DNA from: an uncultured archaeon
GTDB taxonomy: Archaea; Asgardarchaeota; Thorarchaeia; Thorarchaeales; Thorarchaeaceae
DNA length: 64,000 nucleotides
Direction: 5' to 3'
Assembly (NCBI GenBank): GCA_964558645.1
Contig: CAZLEV010000013.1
Location: 32,001-96,000, forward strand
This document shows, one piece after another, positions 10,244-18,949 of the stretch (positions are counted from its first letter, which is position 1; each line of letters begins with the position of its first letter). The notes under the pieces were generated by a model. It saw only the letters and a program-made list of their open reading frames with translations, did no database searches and was not told the origin of the DNA. The translations under genes and the position numbers were made by a program.

Positions 10244-11119
10244 CTATATTCCGAGCTTCTCTGCCACAGGATCTAGAGAGACACGGTTGAGTTCAAATCC
10301 AAGAGGTTCTGGGTCTAGTCCCATAGCAGCACCGAGAATCTGAGTGACAAAGAGCGCGGGGAGCTCAAGCGACTCACCTTTATCATCTTCCATGCCAAGG
10401 ACTTGCACATCAAACTGTGTGTGACAGGCAGGGCAGTTAGTAACAACACAGTCCGCACCAGCTTCTCTTGCAGACATCATCTTCTCCTTCAGTATGCTGG
10501 TGGCCACCTCTTCACTAGAAATGAGCAGGGGAGAACCGCAACATCTGAGTTTCAGGCCCCAAGGAACACTTCTCGCTCCTGTAATCTCAAGTAATTCGTC
10601 AACTTTGCGTGGTAGTTCTGGATCATCAAACGCAGCCACTTGCGATGGCCGTATCAGGTGGCATCCTGGATGAAATGCTATCTTCAGGCCATCAAGGGGG
10701 TGTACAATGCTGTTTCTTATTTGATCCCTGAGGTCGTAAAGAACATCTACGAAGTGTCTGATCTTCACATCGCCCGAGTACTTTAAACCTAGTTTCTCAA
10801 GTGCTACATTCACTTGTTGTGTCTGTTCTTCGTGATTGTGTAGAACATGGTCAACATCCCTGAGAGAGCCGAAGCATCCATTGCATGGAGTAACGATGTC
10901 ATGGCCACGACTCCCTGCAAGCGCAATGTTGCGTCCTGAGAGAGCCAACCAGCTTCGCTCATCAATAGACTTCAAAACCACAGTGCCGCAGCAAGAGGCC
11001 CCATCAAAGTCGAGCAACTCGATATCAAGGGCTTGAGCAACGGCTCTCATAGAACTCTCATAATTATTGAAACGATTAGGAATTGCACACCCCAAGAAAA
11101 CTTCATAGCTCTGGGTCAT
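10244..11119 (-). CDS. hdrB: Heterodisulfide reductase subunit B
   Basis: Two CCG domains: FLGC..CCG..TPCNGC; HPGCH..CCG..NCPACH. Confidence 0.92.
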   Translation of the reverse strand: MTQSYEVFLGCAIPNRFNNYESSMRAVAQALDIELLDFDGASCCGTVVLKSIDERSWLALSGRNIALAGSRGHDIVTPCNGCFGSLRDVDHVLHNHEEQTQQVNVALEKLGLKYSGDVKIRHFVDVLYDLRDQIRNSIVHPLDGLKIAFHPGCHLIRPSQVAAFDDPELPRKVDELLEITGARSVPWGLKLRCCGSPLLISSEEVATSILKEKMMSAREAGADCVVTNCPACHTQFDVQVLGMEDDKGESLELPALFVTQILGAAMGLDPEPLGFELNRVSLDPVAEKLGI

Positions 11120-11640
11120 TCTTCCTCATCCTCCTGCAGTTTCATGAGACCTGTTTCTTCGAAAATCTTCTGAGTGTCCTCAATATTCAGTGCAGGAACG
11201 TCTTCGAGTCCCAAATCTTCCCGTTCCCAATCTGTTGGTTCATAGAGCTTCCCAGTGTCATAGAGACCTTTTCGAGATACAACATACCCCTGAGGAGTAA
11301 TGCCCCTCTTGAATGCCATATTCTTGAGACCAAAAATGATGTCAGTGATGTCGATTCCCTGAGGACAACGCTCTTGGCATGTATAGCAGGTAGTGCAGAG
11401 CCAGACCATATCGGTCTCGAGGACTTCCTTCAGTCCAAATACGAGCATCCTCATGAGCTCATGGACTTGAACGTTAACTTTGTCGCTTACTGGACACCCA
11501 GCACTGCATTTTGCACATTGAAAGCAGGTGGTCAAATCTTGCCCTCCCAGTAGCTTCGCCGTTTCCTGAGTGAACTCTTTGTCTAGAGTAGAGAACTCCT
11601 TGCCTTCGAAACTCTTGAACTGACCCCATGTTTCTGTCAT
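11116..11640 (-). CDS. hdrC: Heterodisulfide reductase subunit C
   Basis: CFQCAKCSAGCP, WLCTTCYTCQERCP; overlaps hdrB start (ATGA). Confidence 0.92.
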   Translation of the reverse strand: MTETWGQFKSFEGKEFSTLDKEFTQETAKLLGGQDLTTCFQCAKCSAGCPVSDKVNVQVHELMRMLVFGLKEVLETDMVWLCTTCYTCQERCPQGIDITDIIFGLKNMAFKRGITPQGYVVSRKGLYDTGKLYEPTDWEREDLGLEDVPALNIEDTQKIFEETGLMKLQEDEEE

Positions 11641-12026
11641 GCATATCACTTCTTGGGTCTGCTGACACTCAGGTTTCGTTTCTTGCTCCGCTTATATCAA
11701 TAGCGTCGGAGGCAGATGCAGTTGGTGCATAGGGGACAGAAACCGCAAGCGGGCATTCTCTCGATGCTCCATTGCGTTGCTAACATTGAACTCGTACAGT
11801 TCTGATTCGTGATGATTCTCTTGGATTTGTACACTACAGTGATTCCGTGACTTATGCAAGTCAACGCGATACAATGGCGCCATGTAATCCTGGGGAAACT
11901 GTGTATAGGAATAGCATTTCTCAAGAAGATTGCTTTGATGCGACCTGTCACAAGATTTCAAACAGTTGAATGAGTGATCTGGAAACGAATCAGGGCAACA
12001 CGACTGCCAGAGAGGTGACACTGACA

Positions 12027-12089
12027 ATGGCAAAGGATAACAAGGCAAAGAAGACCACCGACGAGAAGAAGCAGAGGCCGAAGAAGTAA
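12027..12089 (+). CDS. Putative 20-aa Lys-rich micropeptide MAKDNKAKKTTDEKKQRPKK (copy 1)
   Basis: GAGGTGA SD 8 nt upstream of ATG; paralog 503 bp downstream with the same start, stop and frame. Confidence 0.65.
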   Translation: MAKDNKAKKTTDEKKQRPKK

Positions 12090-12137
12090 CGGCGGATGTG
12101 AAGTTCACACATCACTCAGAACAATATAGAGGAGGGA

Positions 12138-12155
12138 GGCCAGCACGAACTGGCC
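12138..12155. other. GGCCAG-N6-CTGGCC inverted repeat (terminator or protein-binding site), copy 1
   Basis: 6-bp stem starting 48 nt after the micropeptide stop, followed by AATCTCT; same spacing in copy 2. Confidence 0.45.
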
Positions 12156-12529
12156 AATCTCTCTATCTAGAACCCACCGTCCGGTTCAGAGATAGAATTC
12201 GATGACTGTTATCCACCCAGTAGGCTATTCTTGGTGACAGATTGGTTGGCATGGTATTACTCTGATTGAGTCAATATCAGAGCTGATTAGTGTGATTCTG
12301 AACCTACAAGAGAGGATTCTGCTGAAGACCGAGAGTACAATAAGATGCATGCTATAGCGAATTAATCGAGCATTATTGGGTGCGCAAATTGAGGGACGAC
12401 AGCGTATACGATTAGCAGTGTTTCTGTTACGTTGCCCCAAGCAGACTGTGTCCACAATCTCTTCAGGGCATTGTGGAACTGCAGCACGCTACCAGGAGCA
12501 ACATGACTGCCACAGAGGTGACACTAATA

Positions 12530-12592
12530 ATGGCAAAGGACAAGAAGGGAAAGAAGACCACCGACGAGAAGAAGAAGAAACCAAAGAAATAA
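12530..12592 (+). CDS. Putative 20-aa Lys-rich micropeptide MAKDKKGKKTTDEKKKKPKK (copy 2)
   Basis: GAGGTGA SD upstream; 16/20 aa identical to copy 1; synonymous changes GAT/GAC, CCG/CCA, AAG/AAA. Confidence 0.65.
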   Translation: MAKDKKGKKTTDEKKKKPKK

Positions 12593-12640
12593 CGACACCT
12601 CTGGTTTTTTCCATTGATCTACTAATACTTGGAGCATAAA

Positions 12641-12658
12641 GGCCAGTGAAGGCTGGCC
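12641..12658. terminator. GGCCAG-N6-CTGGCC hairpin between the micropeptide gene and the convergent hdrA-mvhD stop
   Basis: 6-bp inverted repeat 5 nt past the hdrA stop; homolog at 12138. Confidence 0.45.
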
Positions 12659-12663
12659 AATCT

Positions 12664-15600
12664 CTATCTCTTTCTAAGCGGGCTCGGCCCGAGTTTCTCA
12701 ACGAGCTCGGAGAGTTCTTTGACCTTCTCCGCCCAAATGGGGCCTTCACTGGCACTTATCTGTGTGAATTGCAGACGCTCCGGTTCTAAGCCAGCCTTTT
12801 CAACTATTTTCTTGGCTATTGCATATCTTCTCTCAAAGGCCACATTGCCATCAACGTAGTGGCAGTCGCCGAAGTGACAACCCGATATCCAGACCATATC
12901 AGCTCCCTGTCGAAAAGCCTCCAGTATGTGGGTGACACTCACTCTCCCGGTACACATCACACGGATATCGCGGACCGTAGGTGGCTGCTGAAACCTTGAT
13001 ACACCGGCGCTATCGGCCCCGGCGTACGAACACCAGTTGCAGACTATTGTAAGGATTCGTGGTTGGTTCGCAGGCATGTCAGAGAGAGCTGCGCGGATTT
13101 GAGCCAGAATCTGGTCATCTGTGAAGTGTTTCATCGTGATGGCACCAGCGGGACAACCAGCAGCACACTTCCCACAACCCTGACAGAGTACAGGATTCGA
13201 CATGGCATAGTCATGACCCCCATCGCCCGGGATCACCTCAATAGCGTTGTACGAGCAGTTGATCTCGCAAGTACCACAGCCAACACAGACCTCGGGGTCA
13301 ACAACTGAAACAATCGCCTCAGCCTTCCTTATGCCACTAACAAGAGGTATGAGAGCACGAGCGGCCGCACCTCGACCCTGTGCGATTGCTTCATCAATCG
13401 GTTTGGGAGCAGTTGCAGTTCCGGCTACGTAGACACCATCAGTCTGGAAATCAACGGGCCTGAGCTTTGGATGTGCCTCCATGAAGAATCCCGACATGTT
13501 CGTGGGAATCTTGAAGATCTCGCCCAGATCCTTGTTTGTTTCACAAGGAACCATTGCGGTTGCCAGAATTGCATAATCAACGTCCAAGTTGAGTTTCGCG
13601 CCGAGAATCTGGTCCAACACCTCAACACGTACCGCAGTGGAATGACCCTTCTTCACTTCAGGAGGGCTATCCTTATCGAATCGGATGAAGACAACTCCCC
13701 TCTTTCGTGCATCCCGGTACTTGTCTTCAGCCGCATAGTGGACCCTTAGGTCACGATAGAGATGGAAGACTCGGGACTCAGGGCGTTTCTCCAAGAGCTC
13801 CAGTGTGTGTTCGAGAGCGACAGTACAACATATCCCTGAACACCAGGTTCGAGCGCCCTCAAGGGACTCATCCTCACGGGAACCAGCACAATGAATCACA
13901 GCATAGGTCCCATCGACAGGAAGACCATCCTCATTGATTCTACGGTTGAATTCTTCCTCAGTAATGACCTCGGGAATCTTCTTGAATCCATAGAGACCCT
14001 CTTCCTCCAATGATTGTGCGCCTGTTGCAACGATTACAACCCCCACTTTGAGGTCCGTCTTCTTCTTGCCGGTCTTGATGACCACCTCGAAGTCACCAAT
14101 AGAACCCTTAGCGTCGACAACTTCTGATTCGAGCATCAAATCGATGTTTTCGATGTTAGATATCTCATTTCGAAGCTCCTCAACAACATCGGAGGTCGAC
14201 CTGAAATCGAAGTTAACAGTTGCAAGACTGTTCAGATATCCACCGACTCTATCCTTCTTCTCAATGAGATAGACCTTGAAGCCCTTCTCGGCAATTGCCT
14301 TCGCAGCAGACATCCCCGCCACACCAGCACCGATGACAAGAGCACTCGGTTCGATATCGGTGACGGCCTCTTCCTGCGGCTCCAGTAGCCTAGACTTAGC
14401 CACAGCCATTCTGACAAGATCCATCGCCTTTGAAGTCGCCTCATCCTTTGCGCCCTGATGAATCCACGAGCAATGTTCTCGAATATTGGCCATTTCAAAG
14501 AGGTACTTGTTTAGTCCTGCTTCCTCGATGGTTGAGCGAAACAGCGGCTCATGCGTACGGGGTGTGCAAGATGCAACAACGACACGGTTGAGATTGTGTT
14601 CTTTGATGGCATCCTTGATCACCACTTGAGCGTCAGAGGAACAAGAATAGAGCAGGTTCTCGGTATAGACAACTCCCGGAAGACTATCTGCATAGTTCCT
14701 CACTTCATCAACATCAACCGTTCCCGCAATATTGATACCACAAGAGCAAACGAAGACACCAACACGAGGGTCAGCCGTCATCATGTCGAGATCGGCCTCT
14801 GTCAGCTCCTCGGTCTCACGTCGCTCTGGAAGGCCGGTGTCCTGTATCGCTAATGCCGCAGCGGCGCTACCTTGAGCCACAGAATCAGGGATATCTTTTG
14901 GTTGATTAACGGAGCCACACATGTATATCCCTGGAACCGTCGTCATCACGCTCTCGATGTGGCCATCGGGGCCATGCACAAAGCCGTATTGATCCACATC
15001 TATTCCCAGAGTCTCATACAGTTCTGCATTCTCGTTTGGTACCATAGCTGGACAGAGAACCACTAGGTCATAGTGGTCATCCAGAACTTCATGCCCCTTC
15101 GCATCGCTATGTCGTACAATCAGTCCTCGGGTCTTCGGGTCCTCGATGATCTCACTGGGAAGACCCTTCACGTAGTTGATTCCGTACTCATTCTCGCCCC
15201 GTACAAGAAACTCCTCAAATCCCTTGCCGAAGGCACGCATATCATTATAGAGGAGATCGATATGTACCTCTGGCGTGTGCTCTTTGGTGATTATTGCCTC
15301 TTTCGTAGCATAGGTACAACATATCTTTGAACAATAGGCACAATGATTCACATCGCGACTGCCCACACACTGGATAAAGGCAATCCTGTGGGGTTCAAGT
15401 CCATCCGAGGGGCGCATGACAACACCTTCGGTCGGACCACTGGCTGAAACCATTCTCTCGTATTCAAGAGCAGTCACAACGTTGGGGTATCGACCGTAAC
15501 CATACTCTTTGACCTCTGATGGATCAAGAAGATGATAGCCAGTTGCAAGGATGATTGCCCCTGCGTTGATTTCGATGGTTTCGTCCGGGATGGAGAAATC

Positions 15601-16104
15601 GATTGCTTCAGCCCTGCAGCTGTTGACACACGTCATGCACTGAATACAGTTCTCGATATCTATGGTCGCAACATTGGGTACTGCCTGTGGGAACGGAATG
15701 TACGACGCCTTGCGCATCTTCAGGCCCATGTCGTATTCATTTGGAACTTCAATGGGACAGACACGCTGGCAGTCACCACACCCAGTACACTTCTCCGGGT
15801 CAACTCGGCGGGTATGCTTCAATACGTTCACTGTGAAGTCACCCTGAACACCGGCGACTTCAATCACCTCAGAATAGGACAATATCTCGATGTTGGGATG
15901 ACGGCTTGCATCAACCATCCATGGTCCCATGATACACATGGAACAGTCCAACGTTGGAAAGGTCTTGTCTAGTTGAGCCATATGGCCTCCTATGGACGGT
16001 TCACGCTCCACCAAGAATACTTTGACACCCATATCTGCAAGGTCTAGGGATGCGCGGATGCCTGCGATTCCTGCACCGATGATTACGATTGGCTTTCCTG
16101 CCAT
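12664..16104 (-). CDS. hdrA: Duplicated HdrA fused to C-terminal MvhD ([2Fe-2S]) domain
   Basis: LDKTFPTLDCSMC, two FAD motifs, CSCG/CS/SCTPRTHEPLF, NIREHCSW; C-terminal CNWCSYAGAD...RVMCTGR...GCHFGDCHY...ISASEG (MvhD). ATG 16104 follows GGAGTGA. Confidence 0.93.
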   Translation of the reverse strand: MAGKPIVIIGAGIAGIRASLDLADMGVKVFLVEREPSIGGHMAQLDKTFPTLDCSMCIMGPWMVDASRHPNIEILSYSEVIEVAGVQGDFTVNVLKHTRRVDPEKCTGCGDCQRVCPIEVPNEYDMGLKMRKASYIPFPQAVPNVATIDIENCIQCMTCVNSCRAEAIDFSIPDETIEINAGAIILATGYHLLDPSEVKEYGYGRYPNVVTALEYERMVSASGPTEGVVMRPSDGLEPHRIAFIQCVGSRDVNHCAYCSKICCTYATKEAIITKEHTPEVHIDLLYNDMRAFGKGFEEFLVRGENEYGINYVKGLPSEIIEDPKTRGLIVRHSDAKGHEVLDDHYDLVVLCPAMVPNENAELYETLGIDVDQYGFVHGPDGHIESVMTTVPGIYMCGSVNQPKDIPDSVAQGSAAAALAIQDTGLPERRETEELTEADLDMMTADPRVGVFVCSCGINIAGTVDVDEVRNYADSLPGVVYTENLLYSCSSDAQVVIKDAIKEHNLNRVVVASCTPRTHEPLFRSTIEEAGLNKYLFEMANIREHCSWIHQGAKDEATSKAMDLVRMAVAKSRLLEPQEEAVTDIEPSALVIGAGVAGMSAAKAIAEKGFKVYLIEKKDRVGGYLNSLATVNFDFRSTSDVVEELRNEISNIENIDLMLESEVVDAKGSIGDFEVVIKTGKKKTDLKVGVVIVATGAQSLEEEGLYGFKKIPEVITEEEFNRRINEDGLPVDGTYAVIHCAGSREDESLEGARTWCSGICCTVALEHTLELLEKRPESRVFHLYRDLRVHYAAEDKYRDARKRGVVFIRFDKDSPPEVKKGHSTAVRVEVLDQILGAKLNLDVDYAILATAMVPCETNKDLGEIFKIPTNMSGFFMEAHPKLRPVDFQTDGVYVAGTATAPKPIDEAIAQGRGAAARALIPLVSGIRKAEAIVSVVDPEVCVGCGTCEINCSYNAIEVIPGDGGHDYAMSNPVLCQGCGKCAAGCPAGAITMKHFTDDQILAQIRAALSDMPANQPRILTIVCNWCSYAGADSAGVSRFQQPPTVRDIRVMCTGRVSVTHILEAFRQGADMVWISGCHFGDCHYVDGNVAFERRYAIAKKIVEKAGLEPERLQFTQISASEGPIWAEKVKELSELVEKLGPSPLRKR

Positions 16105-16516
16105 TACCGTGTTCACTCCGTTGGCGTCATCGCGTTGGTCTGAAACCGATGATAAAAGCTTAGTTGTGTGACGTTAACGAGCCGGCAACGTACTACGAGC
16201 CGATTGGCGCGAAATGCATCCTTGATGTCTCACCAGTGTCCATTCACCGATGAGCATTAATATTACGGGGGCAATACATGGATGGGACGCAGATGAAGGC
16301 TACAAGATTGTACACCCGTGCATATATTTCTAGAAATCACTCATATTCTAAGAACGATGTTGATACATACGAAGAGCTGGCCAACATGGAGATCGTGGTC
16401 CCTCCACCCAAGCAACCCACGTGAGAGTACAGTTCTTCTATCTTCTATCTGGTTGCATCGAGCGTCTGAGCACTGCCAAGTGTTCGTTTGAACTGCACTT
16501 GGTTGTACATTAGATT

Positions 16517-17233
16517 TCAGATCTTTTCGAGGCGTGCCCTTACTACACTACCACAATAGTTGCACTTCGCCTCAAGTGGTCCGGTCCAGTCGATGTCCTC
16601 CTGCGAAAGCGATGCACCACACGAGGGGCACTTGGCCGGGAGACGAACTGTTCGAATGTCAGCAGTCTCGGGCTTCTGACGATAGCTCTTGGGAATTACA
16701 AACGCAGGAGCCTCAACTTGCATGCCTTGATCAACAGAACGACGACCCCTGGATTTCACCCCGTATACAATAGCGACCAACAAGCCAACAAGAAGCACGG
16801 GAGCGATGATCAACCAGACACCATAAGTAGCATACAGAGCACTGAAATCATCGTAGACACCAATATCGAAATAGCCAGCCTTACCGGCTTCCTCATCGAC
16901 CAAGATGTTGACAACCGTATCTTCTTCAAGTGTGAACTGTAGAGAAGCAGTTGTCTTGCTGGGACCTTCAGTTTCTGCAAGCACCACCGCAGTGTTTGCA
17001 TCTGATACGGTGATGTCGAAAGTCATTCCCCAGAAAGCGACACTCTTGACAACCACAGTCCAACTCCCTGCAGTGAGATTTGCAAAATAGTATCCTCTTT
17101 CGTTCCCCCATAGATGTTCAAGGCTTCGGGTTTCGTTCGGATCAAGTCTGGCTCCAAATTGAGCCCTTGCACGCGGAACAGAAATCAATACCAAGAGAAA
17201 GATAAGACTCACCAAGATATGGCAACGGCGCAT
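16517..17233 (-). CDS. Single-pass membrane protein with cytoplasmic zinc ribbon
   Basis: Signal peptide, TM helix, C-terminal CPSCG...CNYCG. Confidence 0.75.
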   Translation of the reverse strand: MRRCHILVSLIFLLVLISVPRARAQFGARLDPNETRSLEHLWGNERGYYFANLTAGSWTVVVKSVAFWGMTFDITVSDANTAVVLAETEGPSKTTASLQFTLEEDTVVNILVDEEAGKAGYFDIGVYDDFSALYATYGVWLIIAPVLLVGLLVAIVYGVKSRGRRSVDQGMQVEAPAFVIPKSYRQKPETADIRTVRLPAKCPSCGASLSQEDIDWTGPLEAKCNYCGSVVRARLEKI

Positions 17234-17346
17234 TCAATCTAACCTCGCTACAGGCTGAGTTACGACGCGCCTTAAACTTCTTTCCAAAAGAACGCCTGAG
17301 TGAAGCCAAGATCTATCGTGGGATGGCTAGCGAGGAAATAGGTCTT

Positions 17347-18264
17347 CTAGGCCTTGAGCCCAAGGACTTCCCAGTTGGGTTGACTCTTTCTCTGCATGTA
17401 TTGAAGGTGCGTATCCAGACCGAACTCATCAGGATCATGGCCGAATGCAAGTGCAAGCAACTCGGTGACATGAAGTACGTCGAAGACATACTCGGCATCG
17501 AAGTGTTTCTGTATCTCCACCTGTCCAAGATCAAGCTGTAACTCACAGAACGGGCAGGGTGTCACAATCATATCGGCCCCTCCTGCCTCGATAATGCTGT
17601 CAAACTTCTGCTTGGTGAAGTCCAAAGCCACAGCAATATCTGCTGTCCGAACTGCCCCTCCGGCACCGCAACACATCAGTTCGTCCTTGTAGGGAACATA
17701 TTCTGCACCGGTGGTTTCGCAGAGCTCCCGGAAAATGTGGGGACGTTCAGAGTCGTCCTTCTGTTTCAGCAGCTTTGGCCGCATCCAATGGCACCCCGGG
17801 TGCAAAGCCATTCTCACGCCCGTCATAGGTCGTTCGACATGTTTGCGGATCTTTTCAAGCCCTGCGGTGTCATAGAGCGCATCCACATAGTGAGTGACTT
17901 CGATAGAACCCTTGAACTCACGACCGATTTCTCTCAGGCCTGCATTCACAGCCTCACGCAGTTTTTCATCGTGCTTCAATTCGTGATTGGCATCCCAGAG
18001 GCTTGCAAAACAACCGTTACATCCAGTTGTAATCGGGTCACCTGTTTCCTCTGCAATAGTGAGATTTCGTGCAGCAATGGTTGCCCAAGTTATCCGATCA
18101 AAAGATCCGAATACGCCGGGTGCCGGGCAACAAGTCGCACCTTCCATGTCCAGAAGGTCCATATCAAGGTCTTCGAAGACCAGTCTGGTTGCCTTCTCAA
18201 TGCTGGGGTATCTGTGCGGAATGATGCATCCTAGGAAATGATAGAAAGCAGGTCTCTTGGGCAA
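17347..18264 (-). CDS. hdrB: Heterodisulfide reductase subunit B
   Basis: FLGCIIP, CCPAPG, GCNGC, HPGCH, CCGAGG, PCPFC. Confidence 0.93.
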   Translation of the reverse strand: MPKRPAFYHFLGCIIPHRYPSIEKATRLVFEDLDMDLLDMEGATCCPAPGVFGSFDRITWATIAARNLTIAEETGDPITTGCNGCFASLWDANHELKHDEKLREAVNAGLREIGREFKGSIEVTHYVDALYDTAGLEKIRKHVERPMTGVRMALHPGCHWMRPKLLKQKDDSERPHIFRELCETTGAEYVPYKDELMCCGAGGAVRTADIAVALDFTKQKFDSIIEAGGADMIVTPCPFCELQLDLGQVEIQKHFDAEYVFDVLHVTELLALAFGHDPDEFGLDTHLQYMQRKSQPNWEVLGLKA

Positions 18265-18270
18265 ATCAAA

Positions 18271-18846
18271 TCACTCCTCATCCTTCTCTTTTTCTTCAAC
18301 GAGTTTGTCGAAATGGGTCTTCTTCGCAATCTTGACAACATCCGCGATGGCCTCGGGAAATCTACTGGCATTGGGGGGTATGGGTTCGAGTCCCACCTTC
18401 TCTCGTAGTTTCTGCCAAGACTCCTTGTCAAGAGGGACTGCATGTCCAGCCTCAAGTACCTTCTGAGCAACTTTCTGATGAGGCTCCAGCATATAGCCCT
18501 CCTGAACAGCAATGTTGCGGATTGCCTTGATGACATCTGTAGGCTTGACATCCTGAGGGCACCGGTCTGTACAGGTGTAGCAGGTGGTGCAATACCATAG
18601 CTCCGGAGCAGAGATACAGTCCTCCTTCAGGCCAAGTAAGGCCTTCCGGATGATGCCTCTCACAAGGTAATTGGTTCTAGCACCAGCAGGACAGCTGCCG
18701 CTGCAGGTCCCACATTGATAGCAACTCTGGATGTTGGGCCCGCCGGTCCTTTTGATCATCTCGACGAACTCAGTGTCGGGCTCATCAAGAACAATGGGGG
18801 CCTTTTCCTCAGCACTGGTCAAGTTTGTCCACCGACTTCTCGTCAT
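18271..18846 (-). CDS. hdrC: Heterodisulfide reductase subunit C
   Basis: CYQCGTCSGSCP, WYCTTCYTCTDRCP, GHAVP. Confidence 0.93.
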   Translation of the reverse strand: MTRSRWTNLTSAEEKAPIVLDEPDTEFVEMIKRTGGPNIQSCYQCGTCSGSCPAGARTNYLVRGIIRKALLGLKEDCISAPELWYCTTCYTCTDRCPQDVKPTDVIKAIRNIAVQEGYMLEPHQKVAQKVLEAGHAVPLDKESWQKLREKVGLEPIPPNASRFPEAIADVVKIAKKTHFDKLVEEKEKDEE

Positions 18847-18949
18847 AGCGTTGAATGCGGCCTTAAATCCATTTGTCTAAGGCAGTATCGAGTGAGGCCC
18901 TTCATGACCGAGAAGATGCCAGAGGATTCCAAAGATTCATCCGAGTAAG

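Noticed and set aside
11991-12669. CRISPR-like repeat-spacer array
   Set aside because: Only two units with a 503-bp period, repeats that encode an ORF, and no cas genes.
11692-12755. ORF-track ORFs in the hdrC-hdrA gap (138, 84, 76, 87, 88 aa)
   Set aside because: They are shadow or alternate frames of the duplicated micropeptide unit, lack SD sites and have non-protein-like composition.
2061-16104. Selenocysteine (UGA) recoding in HdrA, MvhD or the hydrogenase, as known in some Asgard archaea and methanogens
   Set aside because: All the ORFs are uninterrupted and the relevant positions are Cys codons (DCSMC, ECSAC, CNWC, GCHFGDC, DPCVSC).
16300-16440. Possible additional degenerate repeat copy (caagattgtacacc ... 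gtacagttctt, ~111 nt apart)
   Set aside because: Only one short similar word and a weak stem; indistinguishable from chance by eye.
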